A stretch of 11,321 nt of DNA from the IMG/VR virus record IMGVR_UViG_2671180814_000016, one strand, 5' to 3'. The notes under the pieces are model-generated. The model did no database searches. It was not told where the DNA came from and worked only from the letters and a program-made list of their open reading frames with translations. The stretch is from a virus (lineage: Duplodnaviria > Heunggongvirae > Uroviricota > Caudoviricetes). Both the position numbers and the translations under genes were made by a program. Of this stretch, positions 7,816 through 11,321 are shown in pieces; the first letter of the stretch is position 1; each line of letters begins with the position of its first letter.

Positions 7816-8366
7816 GGTTTACGTTGAATGGTTAGGCTTTGTATTCTTTGTCTTTGCTTATTCGTAAGATATGTTGTGTACCATTTTGAATAGGTAGTAC
7901 CTTTGAATAACTTACCTATATTCTGAGGGCAAATATTAATACCAGTTTGATTTAAAAACCATTTAGTGATTGCATATTGAGATAATTGTCCTTTAAGGTA
8001 CTCTCCAACAATCATTAACCATTGCTTTAGAGTAAGCTTTTGAGTACGAGTACCTTTATGCTTTCTATTGGAATTATTAACCTTCTGAGTTACCCAACGT
8101 AAATTTTTTGCTTTGTTATTCATTTTATCGCGGTCGATATGATCTACAGTGTATCTTCCTCCAATGGGTTTAGCACCATTGAATAAAGTACAAACCAAAA
8201 CATGTACATATAGTGATTTGCCATTAATAGAAACTTTTTTGTATCCATTAGATGGGTTTTTCGTAGCTATATACTGTTTTGTTTTATCATTGTAAACATC
8301 GCCATTTTCAGATACGTAGTAATGTTTTGAATTTGGAATTAATCTCCAAGTGATTTTAGGGTTCAT
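7812..8366 (-). CDS. HNH homing endonuclease (HNH_3 / NUMOD4-type) with probable C-terminal DNA-binding region
   Basis: 184-aa ORF with ATG start and RBS AAGGA 8 nt upstream. N-terminal W.LIP....YYVSENGDVY (NUMOD4-like), then YVHVLVCTLFNG...VDHIDRDKMNNKAKNLRWVTQKVN, typical of free-standing phage HNH homing endonucleases. Confidence 0.8.
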   Translation of the reverse strand: MNPKITWRLIPNSKHYYVSENGDVYNDKTKQYIATKNPSNGYKKVSINGKSLYVHVLVCTLFNGAKPIGGRYTVDHIDRDKMNNKAKNLRWVTQKVNNSNRKHKGTRTQKLTLKQWLMIVGEYLKGQLSQYAITKWFLNQTGINICPQNIGKLFKGTTYSKWYTTYLTNKQRQRIQSLTIQRKP

Positions 8367-8420
8367 ATCAAACGTCCTTGTTGTTATCGCGTCACTCCAT
8401 GTGATCGCGTCTGCTACTAC

Positions 8421-8723
8421 TTAGAGGCCAGTAGCATTTAGCCTATATTCATCCCTCGCCTTCTCACATACGATTAGCAAACGGTTTAAACATTCCTTAT
8501 GTTCATCTTCAGCAGCCAGTACAAACATTACCATTGGTAATCCGTCGATTAGGTAATTTCCATTCCATGTAATAGTACCTAATACTTCTGGATCACCAAT
8601 TCGTTCATAATGTGCTTCTAATGAACCTTCCTGATACTTCACACAATAGAAATAGTGATAATCCATATCCCCTACTATTGTGTAATCATCAAAATATTGT
8701 ACTAAATCAAAGTCATTCTTCAT
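8421..8723 (-). CDS. Hypothetical acidic protein (~100 aa), translationally coupled to the upstream RHH gene
   Basis: ORF-track ORF 8421..8729 starts at a GTG; the ATG two codons in (8721..8723) gives MKNDFDLVQYF... It overlaps the stop of the RHH gene (8713..8715) by 11 nt. No toxin-family motif recognised. Confidence 0.55.
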   Translation of the reverse strand: MKNDFDLVQYFDDYTIVGDMDYHYFYCVKYQEGSLEAHYERIGDPEVLGTITWNGNYLIDGLPMVMFVLAAEDEHKECLNRLLIVCEKARDEYRLNATGL

Positions 8724-8898
8724 TACCACCGCCCTGTAAAATCATGTACTGATTAATTAAGTACTGAACACAGGCTGATAATGAATCTTTCTGTACCTTC
8801 CCACTACTAATTAGCTGGTTAAGTACAAGTACTTGATCGTCATTAAGACGTGCGGTTACTACATGATGTTTGCGTTCCTTTAAAGTTACTTTTTTCAT
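8713..8898 (-). CDS. Ribbon-helix-helix DNA-binding protein (Arc/Mnt/CopG-like)
   Basis: 61-aa ORF with ATG start and RBS AAGGA 7 nt upstream. HVVTARLNDDQVLVLNQLISSGKVQKDSLSACVQYLINQYM fits beta-strand / helix / G-turn / helix, comparable to P22 Arc as recalled. Preceded by TGTAT direct repeats and a terminator. Confidence 0.6.
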   Translation of the reverse strand: MKKVTLKERKHHVVTARLNDDQVLVLNQLISSGKVQKDSLSACVQYLINQYMILQGGGNEE

Positions 8899-8943
8899 TT
8901 CTATATCCTTATAGGTGTATTTGTATACTGTATTTATAAATCC

Positions 8944-8975
8944 AAATTAAAAAGATACCTCTCTCGCAAGAGAGG
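8944..8975 (-). terminator. Rho-independent terminator: stem CCUCUCU-UGCG-AGAGAGG then UAUCUUUUUAAUUU in the minus-strand transcript
   Basis: Read directly. Exact 7-bp stem with 4-nt loop, followed by a U-rich tract, downstream of the 9337..9738 / 9087..9260 gene pair. Confidence 0.65.
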
Positions 8976-9086
8976 CAATCTTAATTAAAAAGGAAATTTA
9001 TTGTCGCTATATTATTTATGTTCAAAGCTGGAGCGGAAGGCAAAACGCATTATCGTTCTGATACTATTAGTATAGCACCAAAACTT

Positions 9087-9260
9087 TTAGCGTTTCATTT
9101 TTCTTACTACGTATTTATTTATCGATTTGATTTTTAATGGGGAAAGCAATAGTACTAAAATCATAGATAAAAACATGAGCACTATATATATTGGGATTAT
9201 CAGAAAGATGTAAAGTACAAAGCCTACTATCTCGTAAAGTAATTTAGTAAACCATTCCAT
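9087..9260 (-). CDS. Small hydrophobic membrane protein (~57 aa)
   Basis: ORF-track ORF 9087..9326 starts at TTG. The internal ATG at 9258..9260 (MEWFTKLLYEIVGFVLYIFLIIPIYIVLMFLSMILVLLL...) has G-rich SD-like TGGGGG ~9 nt upstream. Start choice is uncertain. Confidence 0.45.
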   Translation of the reverse strand: MEWFTKLLYEIVGFVLYIFLIIPIYIVLMFLSMILVLLLSPLKIKSINKYVVRKMKR

Positions 9261-9336
9261 TTTGAAGTACCCCCATTCACATTCAACTTTATAGTATTTA
9301 GTGAGGGAGTACTTAAAACGTAACAATTTGGATGTG

Positions 9337-9738
9337 TTAGCTAATAAGTTTTAGTATAGGTTTCGAATAAATGACAAGTCCAGTAACTGAACATTTTGCT
9401 TCTTTTATCTCTTCAATTAGTTCCATTGATATTGGATGTTTGAAAGCTTGAGTACACTCCTGACAGCCTGCCTCCGTTAGCGGAAACTCATCTGTTATAA
9501 CTTGAATTTCAGAAGAATACGGCAAAAAAATGTACTGAACTTTAATTTTGTTGGAAAATTCGTACTTGCATAAGCTCTCATCTTGAGAATCATTCCGCTT
9601 TGAAAAAAGCCTTAATTGATTCTCTTCATTCAATGAGATCCCAATATCATAATTCTCAGGGAAAAATTGACGGAATTTTTCTTTTTTTGCTTTATTTTCT
9701 TTCTTACGCATTTTGGCAATCCTCTCTTTAGAATTCAT
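9337..9738 (-). CDS. Hypothetical protein, 133 aa, basic N-terminus, unknown function
   Basis: ORF with ATG start and weak RBS. A putative promoter lies upstream. The next gene follows after a 10-bp gap. Confidence 0.55.
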   Translation of the reverse strand: MNSKERIAKMRKKENKAKKEKFRQFFPENYDIGISLNEENQLRLFSKRNDSQDESLCKYEFSNKIKVQYIFLPYSSEIQVITDEFPLTEAGCQECTQAFKHPISMELIEEIKEAKCSVTGLVIYSKPILKLIS

Positions 9739-9778
9739 CTCATGGTTTCATCGCTCCTATTCGTTAGTGAATGACGCT

Positions 9779-9807
9779 ATGGTACTGGTTTAACGTTGAA
9801 AAGTCAA
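9779..9807 (-). promoter_or_regulatory. Putative sigma70 promoter (TTGACT-17 bp-TACCAT) for the 9337..9738 gene
   Basis: Minus-strand -35 TTGACT (plus 9802..9807) and -10 TACCAT (plus 9779..9784) with a 17-bp spacer, ~40 bp upstream of the ATG at 9738. Sequence-only call. Confidence 0.4.
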
Positions 9808-9824
9808 AAAAGTTAATTTTACCC

Positions 9825-9853
9825 TTGACTATTCTAACACACGCTGATATAAA
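9825..9853 (+). promoter_or_regulatory. Near-consensus sigma70 promoter with extended -10 (TTGACT-17 bp-TGaTATAAA), back-to-back with the minus-strand promoter and directed toward the recombinase 3' end
   Basis: Plus-strand -35 TTGACT 9825..9830, 17-bp spacer, TG at 9845..9846, -10 TATAAA 9848..9853. No credible plus-strand ORF downstream. Confidence 0.4.
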
Positions 9854-10033
9854 TGATTTGCTGTATTTTGCACGGAAATCTTAAACCCATCGGGTGCGTA
9901 GTTATATCCAAAATTCATAATCCCTCTTTTATTGCTCTATCTACAATGCCGTTAGATTTCGACATCGTAGATATATTGTTCAAATATTAACTCGCATAAT
10001 TCATTCTACAAGACCATAAATTCTCATTAGCTT

Positions 10034-11321
10034 TTAATCCATCCAATCAATCATATCTTCATTAACAATGATCTCAAATTTTTCACGCTTGAGAAGATTA
10101 AGATACAATCCAACATCATCAAGTATTTTGGTACGGCTAATGGCAAGCGACCACATATCAGTACCAGATGTAACGGAGGCAATGAAAACGGTTTTGCCCT
10201 CTTCATTGACAGTGTAGACACGCTCGCCGCTTGTTTCAGAGATTACGATCTCATGTAGTACTTCACCCCCGCCCCGCTTGTTATCAATCACAAGCGTATG
10301 GGATAGGACATCATTGAAGTATTCCAACTGTACAAATATACGCTTTTCAAAAACCCAGTACTTAACAGATTTCAGTACTAATCTTACTTCTTTCCGTAAC
10401 TTTGCACGTAACTCGACATTCAATGGATCAAGTACTTTATTAATATCGAAATCAAATACAGGGATTTCTTTGATGTTCTTTGAATTTAATATCTCAGATT
10501 CTATTTCTTCAATTCTATCCTGTACCTCAGTTAAACCCGTCATTAATGGTAACGAGGCTTTCTTACCTGCTGCCTTACGTTCATTAATTTTAACCTGATA
10601 GGTTTCTGCCTCTTTCTGTAAAGTACTTAACTCTTCTCGCAATGATGCAAGCAATGAATCTGAATCCGACTTACCTTCCATCATCAATTTATTGAAGTCT
10701 ACATTTTTGACAAGCTGTAGAATGTTCTTTTCAATTCTCATGTACTGGATAGATTTAGCATCGCAGATCTTCTTTTCTTCCCTGTTACGACAAATAACAT
10801 ACTTAGTTCGTACATGATTATAGTGAATTGCAATATTGCCCCCACAGTGACCGCATTTCAGCATCTTCGGGAAGAGGTTAGTAATGTAATCATCCTGAGC
10901 AATGGTAATGTCCTTACGGATACGATTAGCTATACCATTCCGCGATAACTTCTCATTAGCCCGTTCAAAGGTGAGGTTATCGATAATCTTCATGGTAACT
11001 ACTTTCTTATCACGTAGTACCCTCAGTACATTGACGGTACTCCACCCTTTCGGCAAGCGTTTTACAATCGCCCCTGAACCAAGGCCTGTCTCATAAAGTT
11101 TAAAAATCTCTCGGACAACTTCTGGTTCAAGTAATAGATCCTCTGCTGGCTTCTTCTTCTCCAACATAACGCGATCCATCATTCTATTCGCTGTCAGGAA
11201 CAACTCTTCGTCGATGATTTTCGGGTAAACGTTTGGTACTACCTCACCGTTGTAACGTTCATGCTCGCCCAACAAACGGCGATCACGTATCTGAGGTGTA
11301 CTGGCAATAGCGGACACTACC
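10034..11321 (-). CDS. Large serine recombinase/integrase, C-terminal ~428 residues; 5' end (catalytic resolvase domain) beyond the right edge
   Basis: Frame is open to the window edge; the ORF-track start at 11317 is a GTG and probably not the true start. Contains recombinase-domain-like segments (YPKIIDEELF, EPEVVREIFKLYETGLGSGAIVKRL), a zinc-ribbon motif (CGHCGG...C..C) and a coiled-coil-like stretch (LREELSTLQKEAETYQVKINERK), the architecture of large serine recombinases. Confidence 0.65.
   Translation of the reverse strand, partial: VVSAIASTPQIRDRRLLGEHERYNGEVVPNVYPKIIDEELFLTANRMMDRVMLEKKKPAEDLLLEPEVVREIFKLYETGLGSGAIVKRLPKGWSTVNVLRVLRDKKVVTMKIIDNLTFERANEKLSRNGIANRIRKDITIAQDDYITNLFPKMLKCGHCGGNIAIHYNHVRTKYVICRNREEKKICDAKSIQYMRIEKNILQLVKNVDFNKLMMEGKSDSDSLLASLREELSTLQKEAETYQVKINERKAAGKKASLPLMTGLTEVQDRIEEIESEILNSKNIKEIPVFDFDINKVLDPLNVELRAKLRKEVRLVLKSVKYWVFEKRIFVQLEYFNDVLSHTLVIDNKRGGGEVLHEIVISETSGERVYTVNEEGKTVFIASVTSGTDMWSLAISRTKILDDVGLYLNLLKREKFEIIVNEDMIDWMD

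Noticed and set aside
4488-8838. 8-mer TACTTGAT at 4488, 6808 and 8831 as att-like direct repeats
   Set aside because: Too short to be significant in AT-rich DNA, and it partly reflects the general GTACT enrichment.
9852-10004. 50-codon plus-strand ORF beginning at ATG 9852
   Set aside because: Its ATG overlaps the -10 element of the putative plus-strand promoter, so it would not be on the transcript; no RBS.
10278-11096. Plus-strand ORFs 10278..10598 and 10902..11096
   Set aside because: Antisense within the serine recombinase gene; Ser/Thr/Asn-rich shadow ORFs.

Overview
AT-rich, phage-like window, probably from a gammaproteobacterial host (E. coli-type LexA box, lambda Nu1/GpA-like terminase pair). 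All calls rest on reading the sequence and recalled family motifs; no database search or computation was run. The left edge carries the packaging genes on the minus strand: terS (350..895) overlapping the 5' end of a partial terL (1..435). The right edge carries the 3' part of a large serine recombinase (10034..11321, minus). The ~9 kb between them is almost entirely small minus-strand genes with no recognisable replication, repressor or lysis genes. It includes two HNH nucleases (one McrA-like with an unassigned N-terminal domain, one homing-endonuclease type), a degenerate EAL-like protein co-operonic with a lipoprotein and a periplasmic protein, further exported/membrane proteins, and an Arc/Mnt-like RHH regulator overlapping a small acidic protein. 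Two plus-strand islands interrupt this: a possible PD-(D/E)xK-like gene directly divergent from terS, and a two-gene module (103-aa protein plus 2-TM membrane protein) sitting behind a near-consensus LexA box. The most unusual signals are: (1) strong over-representation of the palindrome GTAC, mostly as AGTAC/GTACT, with a GTAC-poor block at 4541..6765 that looks separately acquired; (2) the SOS-controlled module; (3) a 460-bp non-coding region (6766..7228) with five copies of a TGCCGTA iteron-like motif and nested hairpins; (4) the McrA-like HNH plus membrane-protein pair. No tRNA, rRNA or CRISPR array was seen.
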